DNA of 57,837 nucleotides, counting the filler, from Asterionella formosa (lineage: Eukaryota): NCBI GenBank assembly GCA_002256025.1. It is 4 parts of 4 records of this genome, joined end to end, with 100 filler letters (N's around TTAATTAATTAA, not from the genome) between each part and the next. Parts side by side here need not be neighbours in the genome. Positions count along the whole stretch, not along the records: positions 1 to 14,412 come from NKIB01006002.1; 3 more parts are not named here. The stretch is one strand, 5' to 3'. The stretch's first letter is position 1. Each line of letters starts with the position of its first letter. Below, in pieces: positions 1 through 12,583 of this stretch. The notes below the pieces were generated by a model. The model searched no databases. It saw only the letters and a list, made by a program, of their open reading frames with translations, and had not been told where the DNA came from. The position numbers were made by a program, and so were the translations under genes.

Positions 1-268
1 TACCAGTACTTCAATGCATTCTCAAATGTGCATCTCTTTTCATTGGAATGCGCATGCATCATTGTTGTGCGTTTGCTGCTTCGTAACAAACACAATAATG
101 CATCAGCAGGTACTAGTGTTAGGTTGTATCTGATCCTCTCAGCACCAAGAATATAATGTCTCCTCACTTTGAAGAAAAATCAAGATCCTAATTAAAGTCG
201 TACAAACTGATCACCAGTTTGCCATTTCGGAAACTTACTGCTGCCCATCTGATCAACAACACAACATA

Positions 269-1240
269 ATGCCTTTTGAACAATCAACGTCGAGCTCGGA
301 CATTGTTGAGCTCATGAAACAGAGGCTTTCAGGATTTGAAACAGAACAAGGTCGCCTGAAAGGGCTCGAGTACAGACCCAAGAGCAAGGATGAAGTTATC
401 ATTTCCACCTCGCCAAAAGCAGGTACAACGTGGATGCAGCAAATTTGTCATCAACTGAGGGCACGAGGGGATATGAATTTTTATGAAATAAGTCAAGTAG
501 TCCCGTGGCTGGAATTGGCACATGATCTCCACCAGGACCTGAGTGCACCTCAATATGGACACGATGAAGACATGCCAAGGATTTTCAAAACTCATGCTTG
601 GCAAGGACACTGTCCAGTGGGATGCAAAGTAATCGTTGTCATTCGAGACCCAATGGATGTAGTGTTGTCGTTTTACAAATTCTTTGAAAATTGGTTCTTT
701 GAGGAGGGTACGATATCCGTCGATGACTTTTGTCGCGAATTTTGGCTGGCCCGAGGAGTACCAAACTCACGAATGAACAATGCGTCGTACTTTGTCCATT
801 TGGCATCGTGGTACAAGTGTCGACATGACCCAAATGTCTTGATTGTTTGCTTTGAAGACTTGAAAGATGATCTCAAGGTACAGGTTGAACGCGTGGCAAA
901 ATTTATGAGTAACGAGAAGCACAACTTTTTCCAAGACGATATTGTTCGTACGGCAGTAGAGTTTTCTTCCTTTGTATTCATGACAGAGAACAAGTCTAAG
1001 TTCGACGAAAAGCTCACAAAACTGGGAAGAAATGAAGCTTGTGGACTACCGAGAGATGCAGGAATGCAACAAACAAAGTTAAACGAGGGGAGAGTCGGTG
1101 CAGGGATACAAAAATTGTCGAAGGAGCTTCAAGAAGCTATTCAACAAAAGTGGGCAGATGTCGTCGGACAGGAGACAGGATGTGCCACCTACGAAGAACT
1201 AAGGGTGGCACTTAGAAAAGAGACGTGGTCAACGTTATAA
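269..1240 (+). CDS. Sulfotransferase (Sulfotransfer_1 / cytosolic SULT-like)
   Basis: 323-aa single-exon ORF with the 5'-PSB motif SPKAGTTW, KTH, the 3'-PB motif RDPMDVVLSFY and FEDLK. Confidence 0.9.
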   Translation: MPFEQSTSSSDIVELMKQRLSGFETEQGRLKGLEYRPKSKDEVIISTSPKAGTTWMQQICHQLRARGDMNFYEISQVVPWLELAHDLHQDLSAPQYGHDEDMPRIFKTHAWQGHCPVGCKVIVVIRDPMDVVLSFYKFFENWFFEEGTISVDDFCREFWLARGVPNSRMNNASYFVHLASWYKCRHDPNVLIVCFEDLKDDLKVQVERVAKFMSNEKHNFFQDDIVRTAVEFSSFVFMTENKSKFDEKLTKLGRNEACGLPRDAGMQQTKLNEGRVGAGIQKLSKELQEAIQQKWADVVGQETGCATYEELRVALRKETWSTL

Positions 1241-1345
1241 GCGCCATCAATAGAATCAATGGTTGCTTTAGTTATTACATATTGTCGATTGTCGTAGTTG
1301 CCTAAATTTTCTGAGGAAATAACTCTATATATATTGGCTGACAAC

Positions 1346-1752
1346 TCACGACGCTCCTCCTGCTTTGGCTGCTTTTTCCGCCTCTTTGGCCTTTTGCTCG
1401 TTTATTTTGACTTGATCATTCACCTTTGCGACCTGGAGATACTCTTTCTTACTATGAAGACATTCAAAATAATCTTCTCGCTCCGCATAACAGGTACCCG
1501 GCAACCGTTCATGTTCGGCCTGGAGCAACGTGGGGGAATATACTGGTCTTGTTAGCTCTCGCGTTTCATTCTTGTGCAACGTTGGGTTTATAGCAAACGT
1601 GGGAGCTCGACAAATGTGCAACAAGAGGACAAATTTCATCATGAGCGTTTCACTTTCGTCGCTTTCACAATGCTTACCTTGCACTCCTTAAAGTCAGCCC
1701 AAAAGTGGTAGCATCGACCGAGACCTCCTCTGATTCCAAATCCGCTCGTCAT
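1346..1752 (-). CDS. NDUFS5: NADH:ubiquinone oxidoreductase 15 kDa subunit (NDUFS5-like); exons 1752-1678 and 1519-1346
   Basis: Spliced product [51 protein letters not shown] has the twin Cx9C pattern and the RCYxFW / EDYxECLH motifs. Phase-0 intron 1677-1520 reads GTAAGC...CTCCAG. Confidence 0.9.
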
Positions 1753-2356
1753 GGCATACGTCGAGAAATGTTGACCAATAAAAGTTGGCTGAAGGTGAGC
1801 TTCTGATGATGAAATGCTGTCCGTGTGTGATTGTTCAGCCAGTTGTGCGTACCGATCGATATATTACAGAGGAAACTGCCAGGTATCGGTACCAGGTACC
1901 AGTGCTTACTATCAGCACACATATGTATGTATTTATACTCAACGTGTAAACTATGTTCGAATCGGACAAACGAACACCACAAGGGGAGCATCGATTCATA
2001 TTCATACCGGAATAAGTTTATATAAATAGGGACCTCGTACATACATCATGGAAGATACGTATGTTTTGTAACTAGTACCAGGTTGTGTACAGTGTACAGT
2101 ACCAGTCGACATAAAACTATTCTTCATTTGAATACAAAAATACGTCCATGTGTGCTAGAAATTCGCAGAATTAGACTACCGGAAAATGTCGTACTCGAGG
2201 GATTAAAAGGCAATCTACATACCACGAGTATGTACATATACGGTACCAGCTACCTGGTACCCGGTAGGTACCAGTACCCATGCCCACCTGGTCTACAAAT
2301 ATTGCTTTTCTAATTCGCCATTGCTTGGTAGTCAACCGAAGTCACTCCCCATTGCA

Positions 2357-3508
2357 ATGGTTGCATTGTTTTCGTCGCTCCAGTCCTCCGGGAACGCGGA
2401 AACGACACTGTCGTCTTCCATCCCTACGCTAATCCAGCTTTACAAAACCAAAGCGATTCAGCTGGAGCCAAATGTCACGCCTCCAGGCCACGCCGTTCTG
2501 TCGTATCAAGCCATTGAAGTGTCGCCGACGGCAGAAGATGCGACTTTGTTTGGTCAGAAAATCAACAAGGCAGCAGCGATCGTCAATCCCAACCTCGGAG
2601 TTTGGAACTGTCTAGTCACGGTGGAGAGCGGCAGCAAGGAGCCATCGCTGGTGGACAAGTTGCTCTGTATTCCAGATTCCACGGCGCATTATTGCTTTAC
2701 TGTTGATCTAACGGAGCCTTCCAAGGTCGAACCAGTTATTTCCTCCTTACAAGAAGCGCTTGTGAGACTCATGATTGAGCACCCACCAAAATCGTTGGAC
2801 AAGGAATTATTTACAACGTCTCTGATGCAGCTTCGCAAGACTACCTTTGGTTTGGCTCCCAATGACGACGAAGCAGCCGGCAAGCTCAGCACGGCAGCAC
2901 CCGCCGAGTCGGACGAGAAGATCAACTTTGCGCTCATGATTGTTGCAATCGTGCCCACTGCTGGAAATAACACAACATCGACCGAGGCATATAAGACGAC
3001 TCAAGCCCAGTCATTGCTTTTATATCATTTGCGCAAATACGCTGCTGCTCTCAATGGATCGCTTTGTTTCGTGCAAGATTCGGCTACTTCTGACGGTGCT
3101 GAACAAAACCAAGCCACCATGAGCATTGAGCAACTGGCAAATGTATGGAAAGAATGGGCTCAATCCATTGACATACTTGACAGCCCGGCGATGTATACCC
3201 CTGGCAAGCATCAAATAGACTTGATTGAAAGTGTCTTGCTCAGAAATGCTCATTGTCCTGGTCACTGGGAAGCATCCAAAGATTCCATATGGAAGGCATT
3301 ACCACCAGTGAAGGATGCTGGCAAAAATGAATTCATCAAAAATGAAGCATCGGGTGATGATTTGTGGTTGTGCACATTGAGAGACTCCGTAGCAGCGGAC
3401 ACTACTTCGGTGCCCTCATCAACGTCCAAGGCTAATCAAGCGACGCCCAAGGCAAAGGAAGATGCTGCTGCAGCTTCAAGTTTCTTTGAAAATTTGTTGA
3501 ACTCATAA
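2357..3508 (+). CDS. Cytoplasmic dynein light intermediate chain-like protein
   Basis: ATG at 2357. Motifs VDLTEP, YHLRKYAAALNGSLCFV and C-terminal AASSFFENLL resemble the DLIC core and the LIC C-terminal amphipathic helix (LAxFFxSLL). Confidence 0.6.
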   Translation: MVALFSSLQSSGNAETTLSSSIPTLIQLYKTKAIQLEPNVTPPGHAVLSYQAIEVSPTAEDATLFGQKINKAAAIVNPNLGVWNCLVTVESGSKEPSLVDKLLCIPDSTAHYCFTVDLTEPSKVEPVISSLQEALVRLMIEHPPKSLDKELFTTSLMQLRKTTFGLAPNDDEAAGKLSTAAPAESDEKINFALMIVAIVPTAGNNTTSTEAYKTTQAQSLLLYHLRKYAAALNGSLCFVQDSATSDGAEQNQATMSIEQLANVWKEWAQSIDILDSPAMYTPGKHQIDLIESVLLRNAHCPGHWEASKDSIWKALPPVKDAGKNEFIKNEASGDDLWLCTLRDSVAADTTSVPSSTSKANQATPKAKEDAAAASSFFENLLNS

Positions 3509-3572
3509 TAGTCTATAGTTGATGTAGAAGTCTAATTTTCAATTTTTACAAGGTGCGTTACGATGGTGTACC

Positions 3573-6321
3573 TCACAAATCTCTCCTGTAATCATGGTAG
3601 CAGTCTGGTTTAGTCGAACCCAAACGTTCAAGGGCGGAATAGCGTTCTCGAACATTGATGACCCTGCGAGGCTCTGGGAACGGAACTTTGGTAAAAAGTT
3701 TCATGGCTTCTGTTTGCGTTGTTTCCGAGTGCACACTACTTAACGAAATCAGTTTGGAAATTACTGTTTCTTTAGACGTCTCCTTGGACAAACAGGAGTT
3801 CACTGCCTGAATCGACAACGAATCCATGAGCTCATCATCCGAGCTACTAGACTCCTCTAAACTGTTGGGTTTGGATTTGTTCGAAAACACTTCTTTCACT
3901 CGTCGAATAAACGTTCGCTTCTTCGAGAGGAACGGCGAACATCGCTGAAGCAACACGGCAACGAAGACCTTGCTTTGCAAGACCATCAGAGGGACTTCAA
4001 GGCCCTTAAAGGGAAGAAATCCAAAGAGTTCAGGGCAAGGATGACTGTATCCGAGTTCCTCGGGTTTCTTGCCCATGGCCTTGGCGAGGTCAAATGGCTC
4101 GTCAGTGGGCTGGCAAAACACCACATTGGTGCCCTTTGGGATTTGAAGTCCACACTCAGGAATCTCAATGGTTTCACTGGTGACTTTCATTCCTCCAAGG
4201 AAAGGAGGACAAAGACGAATGGCTTCGTGCAACACTGCATCTAGCGCTGTCATTCGATTCAACACCAAAGGTGTAAACATTGCATCTTTTCCATGAATGC
4301 TCATTAAGTGATCCGATTCTTGCTGTACACGGTTGCAGGCATTCTGGTCCAATGAGAGCAGATTCAAAACCATGGCAGTCCACGCGTTTCCGGCGTCCAT
4401 CATCATCCAAATCAAGATGCAAAGCTCCGTGGTTACGGCTTTCGTTAATCCATTCCCGTCCGCATCATGTTGCTGCAACATATGATCCAAAATAGTCTTC
4501 GGAAGATCAGCATTGATCGTCAAACAGTCTTTAGATAAACGACTCTTTGTTGACCTGTTTATAGCCACTTCAGAGAGCAGAATATCAGGACTCGAGTTAG
4601 CACGAGCCCGGCAACAACGTACTCCATCGTCAAATGATACTGTCTTCAATGACGGAACAGGCTTCATCTGGCGATTTTCAGAGGGTTGGACATTGACGCT
4701 TGAGTGACTTGTGTGAGTATGCCCATTACAATGCCCTGAATCGTCTTCTTTTCCCGTCTCCCTCGAACAATTGTCACTTGAATGAGAACGACCACAATTT
4801 TGTTCTGCGTCGTCGTCTATGAGTGTCCTTTTCAACATATCAGAATCATTAGGGAATTTCAAATTTTCCGAGAATTGGTCGTCCATGAAGCAACCAAGTC
4901 CATTTGGCTCAGAAAATGACCGTGGTCTATTGCCGACCGGTAGTGGTTCCCCTGTTACAGTTTGATGGCGATTCAAGAAATTCTCTGTCATAGTCAGCTG
5001 TATGGATTTGATTTGTCGTGGTCAACGTAATAAGTAACGAATAATACGGGCGATTATATCCTCACTCGAAGGAAAAACTTACAATCGGAATGGGCATAAC
5101 GAAAGGATCATGGTAGAGTTGACCAGTCGCGTGTTTCACCGTAGTTTCCTCAGCGCGTGCTTCAACATGCTCGGAGATGACTTCCTCCAAGTGCATGCGG
5201 CCGTTGATAGCACGTCCATATTCGCTCAACAACCAAATATACATCCACTCTCTACCCATTGATATTTTGATGTCACACAATGCTCGCTTGAGTCGATCCA
5301 TCCAAAGAAACAGATTTTCTCGCTCACGCGAATTGCTCGCCACTAAGTTATCACTCGAATTCTCACTTGTTCTGGCTCGTTTAGATGGGGATGTTGTTCC
5401 TGTGAACTTGTTGAGACCCAGAACTGGTCCATTGATTAAATCAAAAGTGTAAGATCGAAGGCTATCAAACCTTATTCTGTGATGCCAAGAGGCTGTCTCG
5501 ACGCAACGATTACTAGTTGACGATTGAGCAATCCCACAGGACTCCATTAAATCGTCATCGTGGAACTCATCAAAATGCTCCCTCATAGCATCACCTTGCG
5601 AGGAACCATGTTTCTTGCTATCAAACCGGCCCTCAAACAAATCGTCAACAAATTTCTCGGCAACTTCTGCAAACTGGGTTGCACGCCATAACAGAGAATG
5701 GTGAGAAAGCGGATTAACGAGTAAGGTTTGCAAAAAGTCTGCTTCGTCATCTGGCATCAACGACAAACATGACTTTCCCAACAACGTCAATGGCGGTGAC
5801 CAAGCCCATCCTTCTTTCAAGCCTCGCGATTCTAAGATAAGATTGACCCGTTCGCGCCCTTTGATAACGACTCTCCATTGTCCCCAAATGAATATGCTAA
5901 AGCAATCTCCCAACGGTCGCGACCAACTCTTCGGAAGAAACTTCCATTCACGCCAATCCGGTGGAAAAAACAGCGCTATATCCCCTCCATGTTTCTGAAA
6001 CATGGACGTATGGCCCCATACTGGCTGCGGCGTATTCCCTGTCAACGCTCTCGGGGGAACCGGAAGCTTTGAAACTGACAAGTCCTTTCTGGGACCCGCC
6101 AGGAGCTGTCGGAAGGACAAGAACGTCCAATACATGATGGCAGCACCAACTATGGCTATACAGCAAAAGACCTGTAATGATAATGACATGAAACATGTTA
6201 GATAATGGGACAGGGCAGAAAATATAGTGCACAGAAGCATAGTAGTCCTTGTTGCACTTCCGATGTGCATTTTGAGCTGCGTGAATCTCCAGAAAGCCGA
6301 AACTCGAATCGATCGTTTCAT
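3573..6321 (-). CDS. Cytochrome P450-fold protein lacking the canonical heme-ligand Cys; exons 6321-5083 and 4997-3573 (start codon uncertain)
   Basis: N-terminal TM segment followed by a Pro-rich hinge (PVPP, PVWGHT), K-helix EAIRLCPP, IPKGT and FLPF. An 85-nt phase-0 GTAAG...CAG intron (5082-4998) joins the two ORFs in frame. Confidence 0.8.
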
Positions 6322-7139
6322 ATCTCTCTCACCATTTTATAATGAAGTTTCTTTGACAAACTGCTTGATGGGAGAAGAAGAAACGGACGTGCGTGCAACG
6401 AGAATTGATATAGAATGGTACTCCCTACTCTACATAACCGGTAATTTAGTGTCGATGAGTATACAAAACTCTACCAGCAGAAAAGTCGCGTTGTGTCTCG
6501 TCAGGAGTCAAATCCCAAGCGGCCAACGAAGACGATAGAACACAACTAAATAGCGGAACGTACCGGTACCTGTTACATGGTACCGTACATACGACGGTCT
6601 AGTGTGGCCGTCCACAACCTACCGGTATATCGTTTCAATATCGTAGTACACGTTCTATTTACATTCCCGGTACCTGTAAAAGTCTAAAGTACCAATGCAA
6701 TGATGGCAAGCAACATGCAACATGTACACAACTACCAGGTACCAAGGCAGTATGACACACACTGTTAATTACAGTTACGGACCGACCGCCAGGTAGCGTG
6801 TCGGAAATAAGTGCAACGGCAGATGTGATTACCGGTACCAGGTACCAGGGACCTGATACCAGGACCATGGGCTGCAGGTGTGTGCGCATGGTATTAGAAG
6901 TCTGCGCTGGCGTTTTTCAAATTGTCGGTTGGATAGTCCTTATTGATGACCATAGCCACACGTTGTCGTTGAATTTACGCAAGTACAGGTACGAACAATG
7001 CTGCTCGTTCAACTTGCTGAAGGCAAGAGACGACCGAGGTGGTCGCATGCCTGCGAGTACAAATGCGTACGAGAAGGCATAGCCAACAAGAAGGGTAGGG
7101 ATTGTTGAGCGGATTCAAAACTAGCTATTGTCGAGCCAT

Positions 7140-8648
7140 TCGCTTACCTATTGCCCACTCATTGAGCATAGATGTAATTTTAGTTTGTTATATAATAGCC
7201 CATCATATGTAACAAATTTTGTAGCTTTCCTATCTTCACATAAAATCATGACAAAGGTCCGATTTTGTCCATCATTAAAAAATATTTTCTATATTCCAGA
7301 TGTTCGCATTTTGGAAATACAATTCATGCCCATTCCGGTTTTTTGGCCCCAGGATTGCCGAAATTGGCAAGGGTTTCTTCGTAAGGAAACCATTTTATAT
7401 ACTCAACAGATTTTGAAAATTTATATGTAGAATTCACCTCATTTTTGTTTGTCACCTGAAAACTCACTCCAGCAATTAACTTTTCACCATTCCGATCATC
7501 ATCCAGCATCATGTCCAGTCTGAAGCGAAATCAGTTCACTGATGAAGCTAGTAGCAATTCATTGTTGAATGGATGTGGTTGGTTGTTGGATTGCTTGTCT
7601 TCTTGTGGGATTCATGAAGTCACATCGTCCATAAGTTTTTGGACAAACAATGATATCGTTCTATATCTGATGTTGGTGGCAAGTTTTTGCTCTGGTCATG
7701 AATGTGATGATGCTTAACGCATACTATGATAGTCATATAACCTACACATGCATACTATGTATGTGGTACTAAAAACAACCTTGCATGATTTAAGCTACAC
7801 TTTAACACTAACTTTGAACATCTTAGAATATTATTATTGTAGAATCGGTATTATCTTTATGAGACCAGAATATTAAATTATATCATTCACATATTGACTG
7901 ATATTATGTATGCCAAATTTTATCCTCACAATAAAAATTCTCACTCTATCCTGCCTGCCATTGCTATATTTGGGCTTGCAACAGGCAACTTTCATCTTTC
8001 TGTGATCCCATCGTCTGCTGCTTGTTATGGTAGTAAGAGCGGATTGGAGATTACAACATTGAAATTTCCGATATGATTGCTTTGATGGTCTGTTTTGATC
8101 GCTTCCATTGTTGTTTGTCATTACGCATTGTCGTTTTGATTTGATTGTATCTATCAACAAAAGAACCAATGTATTTATCAATGATTACTCTTTGAAGATT
8201 TATTTTGCCATTGTTGATATTTTTTGTTGATTTGTAAAGTCATTGACCATGATGAAATATTGCCGCCAAGCAATGCTTTTCTTGTACTAACGCACTTTGC
8301 TACTACGTTTCTACTACGAGTTCGTATTGCAAGCTTTGTATATTCAGCTAGAGGGAGTCGATAGTGCTGTAACAGCCTGGCGATCATACTCAATCAGAAT
8401 GGATCAGAATGGCATGATGATCAGGGTTGTTTGGTGGGAGGAACAACTGTGGGCGGAAGCACTGCAACTTGTGACAGGCTACTACATCGATGTGCATGGG
8501 GGCAGCAACCAGATCGTTACATCACGATGCAGATCTCAATTGGGTTCAGCTTTGTCTTTGTTCCTGTTTTATTTTGCTCGTCGATGGTGTGATGGAATTT
8601 TGCCTCTATAAATTCTACAATGGGTCACAGCAGTTCTTTACTGGTGTA
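7140..8648. mobile_element. Decayed DNA-transposon-like region ending in a TIR-like motif at 8621-8644 (left boundary approximate)
   Basis: AT-rich with only fragmentary ORFs. TGGGTCACAGCAGTTCTTTACTGG matches 40633-40656 at 23/24 nt. Confidence 0.4.
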
Positions 8649-9109
8649 CCCGAATAGCAAGACGATACCTGGACCGGGACTTGCTGTTGGACTGACAAAA
8701 TACAAACACCGGTATTCATAACGGTCGTTTTGTTACCTCCCAGTACATCACCAGGTATAACACCACGCTGGACCAACTAAACCAATGTACGTACCTATAT
8801 ACCACAGGTTTGGGGTTGATCAACGATAGGCATGTACCGGGTATGTGAAATATAGCTAATGCTATAGACTATGGAGTAGGTACCCAGGTACTACCTTGTT
8901 CTACCTGCTAAAATAATACCGGGTAAACGGTACACCCGGTACCTGGTACAGGTGCGACCTTGCCTTCTCCGCCCGCCAAAGTGTTGCCTTTATTGCTTTC
9001 CATTGTTCACTTTTCCTTGAGTGCCATTTCTCAAGTTGTTCTTGCATGGTATCGTTACAGAACACTCCCTCAAACGCTCGAATGAATCAGCACACGTCTA
9101 CCTATATTC

Positions 9110-10100
9110 ATGATGGTCGTATCGTCAACAGCAACGATCGGTGCCTCCATGGTAGAATACATTGATAGAACTATCTCCTCCATTTCTTCCCCCACCTATT
9201 TCAGTACCTCCACACCGGTCAACTCTCTCCTCTTAGCTGATGAACCACTGTCCAATAGTCCTAGGAATGTGTTGGTTAAGGGGCCTTCCAAGTCTGGCAA
9301 AACGAGTTTGGCGATGGAAACTGCTCATGCTACTGCAGCATTACTTGCTCCATGTCGAGGGCATTGCGCTGCTTCAAATTGTAAGTGCGTCGCATCCATA
9401 TTTTTGACGAAAATCCAACAAGCTTGCAAACCTTTTCCACTATTTTGTCAGCAAATCAAACAAGAGAATGATTTTACAACCTTTGTTCGAGATCTAGATA
9501 CACCAAGAACTACTTGGAACAAGCACGCACTTGGACGAATTCAAATACACTACGTGCCTTCCACACGAGAGTTGCTTGAGTTTTTGCTGGGGATGCATGC
9601 AAAGGATGAAGGGGAGAGACCAAGTGCATGCATTGTGGTTGATGACATCGAGAGGTTTGTGAAGAGTGAAGAGGGTCAGGAGCCCTTAACTATGCCTGAA
9701 ATGATGAATTTGGTTCAAATTAGTGAGTGCCGGCGATGATTAATGTGACCACTTATCTATTGGCAACGCAGCACTTATTCATTTTTACTTTAATTCAGTG
9801 GCAATTCTGGCAGATACAGGGCACACATTGAGTCGTCTTCAGCACACACCTGTATCTATCATTGTCACCATGCAGTCGTCAAGTTGCTCAGTTGGTGTCG
9901 ATCGAATTATTTCTCAGTGGTTTCCTATCTCGAGAAACTTAGAAAAGGTTGCAGCTCATCATGTCTGGCAACCACTCTTGGAAGATGGTGAAACATGTGA
10001 TCAAGTGTGGTCTATTCAGGGAGGTTATGGGAGCTATGCCGTAATTAGGCAAAGTAATGGGCCCAGCAGGATTGTTTGGGCAAGGAACAATTCGACGTAG
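9110..10100 (+). CDS. SWSAP1-like RecA-fold ATPase; exons 9110-9722 and 9799-10100
   Basis: Walker A GPSKSGKT, the segment RIQIHYV and Walker B IVVDD, as in the small RAD51-paralog-like SWSAP1 proteins. A 76-nt GTGAGT...TTCAG intron (9723-9798) joins the frames. Confidence 0.6.
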
Positions 10101-11467
10101 GTTTCAGACCATTGCGTTTTACCAATATGTATCACACCTGCATGTTAGTATCGATATTTGGGAGGTAATAAAATCGCTTGATTTATAACTATCCTCATAG
10201 CCAATCTTATCTACCGGTACCGGTATGCTGTATATAACACGATTGTGTGGTTGGAGTTTCTGTTTGTTCATAGGCCATATTTTAGGGACCAACATTCCTG
10301 ATGCAGTGATAATTCTGGGACCCAGCAGGTACCGGTACCTGATACCAGGGTACCTGGTACCATACTCTGGTCCATGCGAAAAACTATAGGTAATACCGGT
10401 AGAGATGATCACCTACAGCACTCTACCTAGTAGGAGTACCAGTTACCACTAGCCAGGATTCGGTGATTGATTCTCGAAATTCACGACGGCATGACGCACA
10501 ACAAAACCAAAGCAAACGAGAACAGTGATGACGAGAGTTGAGTTGAGGCGCTGTCAACAAAAATGCGTATGTACGATGAATATATAGAATTATCTGGTAC
10601 TGCTCCCTGGTACAATCAACGCGGATTATATAGGTAACGATGTCGCCAAACTATTTCGAGAAAACTTCGTCAACCCTTTGACCACCATTCCCTGATTGCA
10701 ACGACACGTCCGTCAATCCCAACAGAATACGCACACAATGTATATTAATTCGGTGGTCTATCAAGGATCGATAATGAAAATCTCTTTTCCAGTTCTGATC
10801 CTTGGATCATTTTCGAACGCCAACATCATCCCAATCATTTCGGGCACGAATACACCCTTGAATGCACTTCCTCGTGTCCGTAGCTTTTTAATGCTAAAAA
10901 GTATCTTTTCTAACTTGATTGCTATTTATTTTGTAGGCTGACGGACAGTCAAAATCCCTTCCCTCACCCGTGTAAAAATAGTCGTCAGTATAAGAATTTC
11001 ATGCTTCTCACAAAAATCGATCAAAGAAGCTTCACACCTTTCATGTAGACAACAGTCAGGCAGCACATCTGAATCAACTCTGTTGTTGTATATTCGTCAC
11101 TATCACTCGTTTCAGACTATCACCGAAGAACCTAAACAGTGTACGTGAAGCATATGTGATTGTGGTAGAGCATAAAGCAATTTTTTGTCTCTCGATTTTC
11201 TGTCATGCATTCCTAGCTACCGGTATATTGTTCTTTGACAGAACAACCAGTCCTACGACGAAATTCTTGTCGTAAGGACGCATTATCTTACCCTAGCCTT
11301 TCTTTAGATCACTCAGACTGCTGATAACATCACTCGTTGTTTACCCCTCCAACTACATTCTGTCCTTAATTCTCAAGAATAGGCAAAAGAACGTAGCCTT
11401 CCTGAACATAAAAGCGCTACGTGTCACCGCTGGAAGTATTGGCCGTAGAAATCGTGCTCAGACGGAT

Positions 11468-12583
11468 ATGTCAATCATGGCGGTCGATGCTATTTCCTCT
11501 GGACCTAGGATTAATAATCTTGGGAGAGATATTGCACCACAATCTCCTCGACACGGTGGAACTTCTGCTCCTGTCAACAACATTCTGGGGCCACCATCTC
11601 CTGTTTTTGCCCCTCTCCAGCATGGTAGGCCACGAACTCCGAATTCGACTTACACTTCTCACAGTCCCATGGAGCGAGCTTCATCAATGAAGAATCGTCG
11701 CCCTCGAGCCATATCCCGTGAGGAGGCGTCCATGCACTCCTGGTCTGATACATCGATATCCCCTAGTGCAGGTATTAATGTTTTCGCTGTGTTCCCAGGA
11801 ACTCCAAGCAGCCTATCGTCCCGAAAGTTGATTTCCTCGACTTCCATTGTCATTGCAAAGGCCCAATCTCGTTGTGCTCAGCAAACCAATGACTCCATGG
11901 TTTATCTCGACGGACCACAAGTATACACGTGCAGTCAATGTCGAACCCATCTCACGAGTCACGATGACATTATCTCCAAAAGTTTTCATGGACGCCACGG
12001 TACGTCTTTTGATACATTCTATCATCTCGATAATCTTTGTGCGGTGATTTTTCTCATGTTTGAATTTTGGTCCCATCATACTTACTTTCCAGGCCGTGCT
12101 TACCTCTTTGATCAATGTGTCAACGTCGCGATCGGTCCTGCTGAAGACAGACTACTCATGACTGGCATGCACAGCGTTTCCGACATTTTTTGCCAACGAT
12201 GCAAAGGCATGGTTGGATGGACCTACGCGAAAGCATACGAATCCAGTCAAAAATACAAAGAGGGGAAGTTCATTATTGAAAAGATCAACTTACACTTGGA
12301 AGAAAGCGACTATTATGATGTTTGCCACCCTGCTGGAGAGCGGGGTGACCGATTTCGAAAGCGAACCATGAGCTGGGGGAGTGAGGGATCTGTTCTCTCG
12401 TCTCCACGATTTCATGATGTCCGTAATGAGATTGTCTACGAGTACAATACCAATGGATTACCTCTTTGTCCTCGATATTGGGAATCTCCCTTGTCATCTA
12501 TGGCTATCATCTCATCAGTGATTCCACCACGCAATGTCAGCGGTCCTTCGTTCGTAGGAACGCCACAAGCACCTGTATTGTAA
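11468..12583 (+). CDS. Yippee-like (YPEL) zinc-binding protein; exons 11468-11999 and 12093-12583
   Basis: YTCSQCRTHL...IISKSFHGRHG|RAYLF...LMTGMHSVSDIFCQRC...GWTYAKAYESSQKYKEGKFIIE. Removing the GTACGT...TTCCAG intron (12000-12092) restores HGRAYLF. Confidence 0.93.
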   Translation: MSIMAVDAISSGPRINNLGRDIAPQSPRHGGTSAPVNNILGPPSPVFAPLQHGRPRTPNSTYTSHSPMERASSMKNRRPRAISREEASMHSWSDTSISPSAGINVFAVFPGTPSSLSSRKLISSTSIVIAKAQSRCAQQTNDSMVYLDGPQVYTCSQCRTHLTSHDDIISKSFHGRHGTSFDTFYHLDNLCAVIFLMFEFWSHHTYFPGRAYLFDQCVNVAIGPAEDRLLMTGMHSVSDIFCQRCKGMVGWTYAKAYESSQKYKEGKFIIEKINLHLEESDYYDVCHPAGERGDRFRKRTMSWGSEGSVLSSPRFHDVRNEIVYEYNTNGLPLCPRYWESPLSSMAIISSVIPPRNVSGPSFVGTPQAPVL

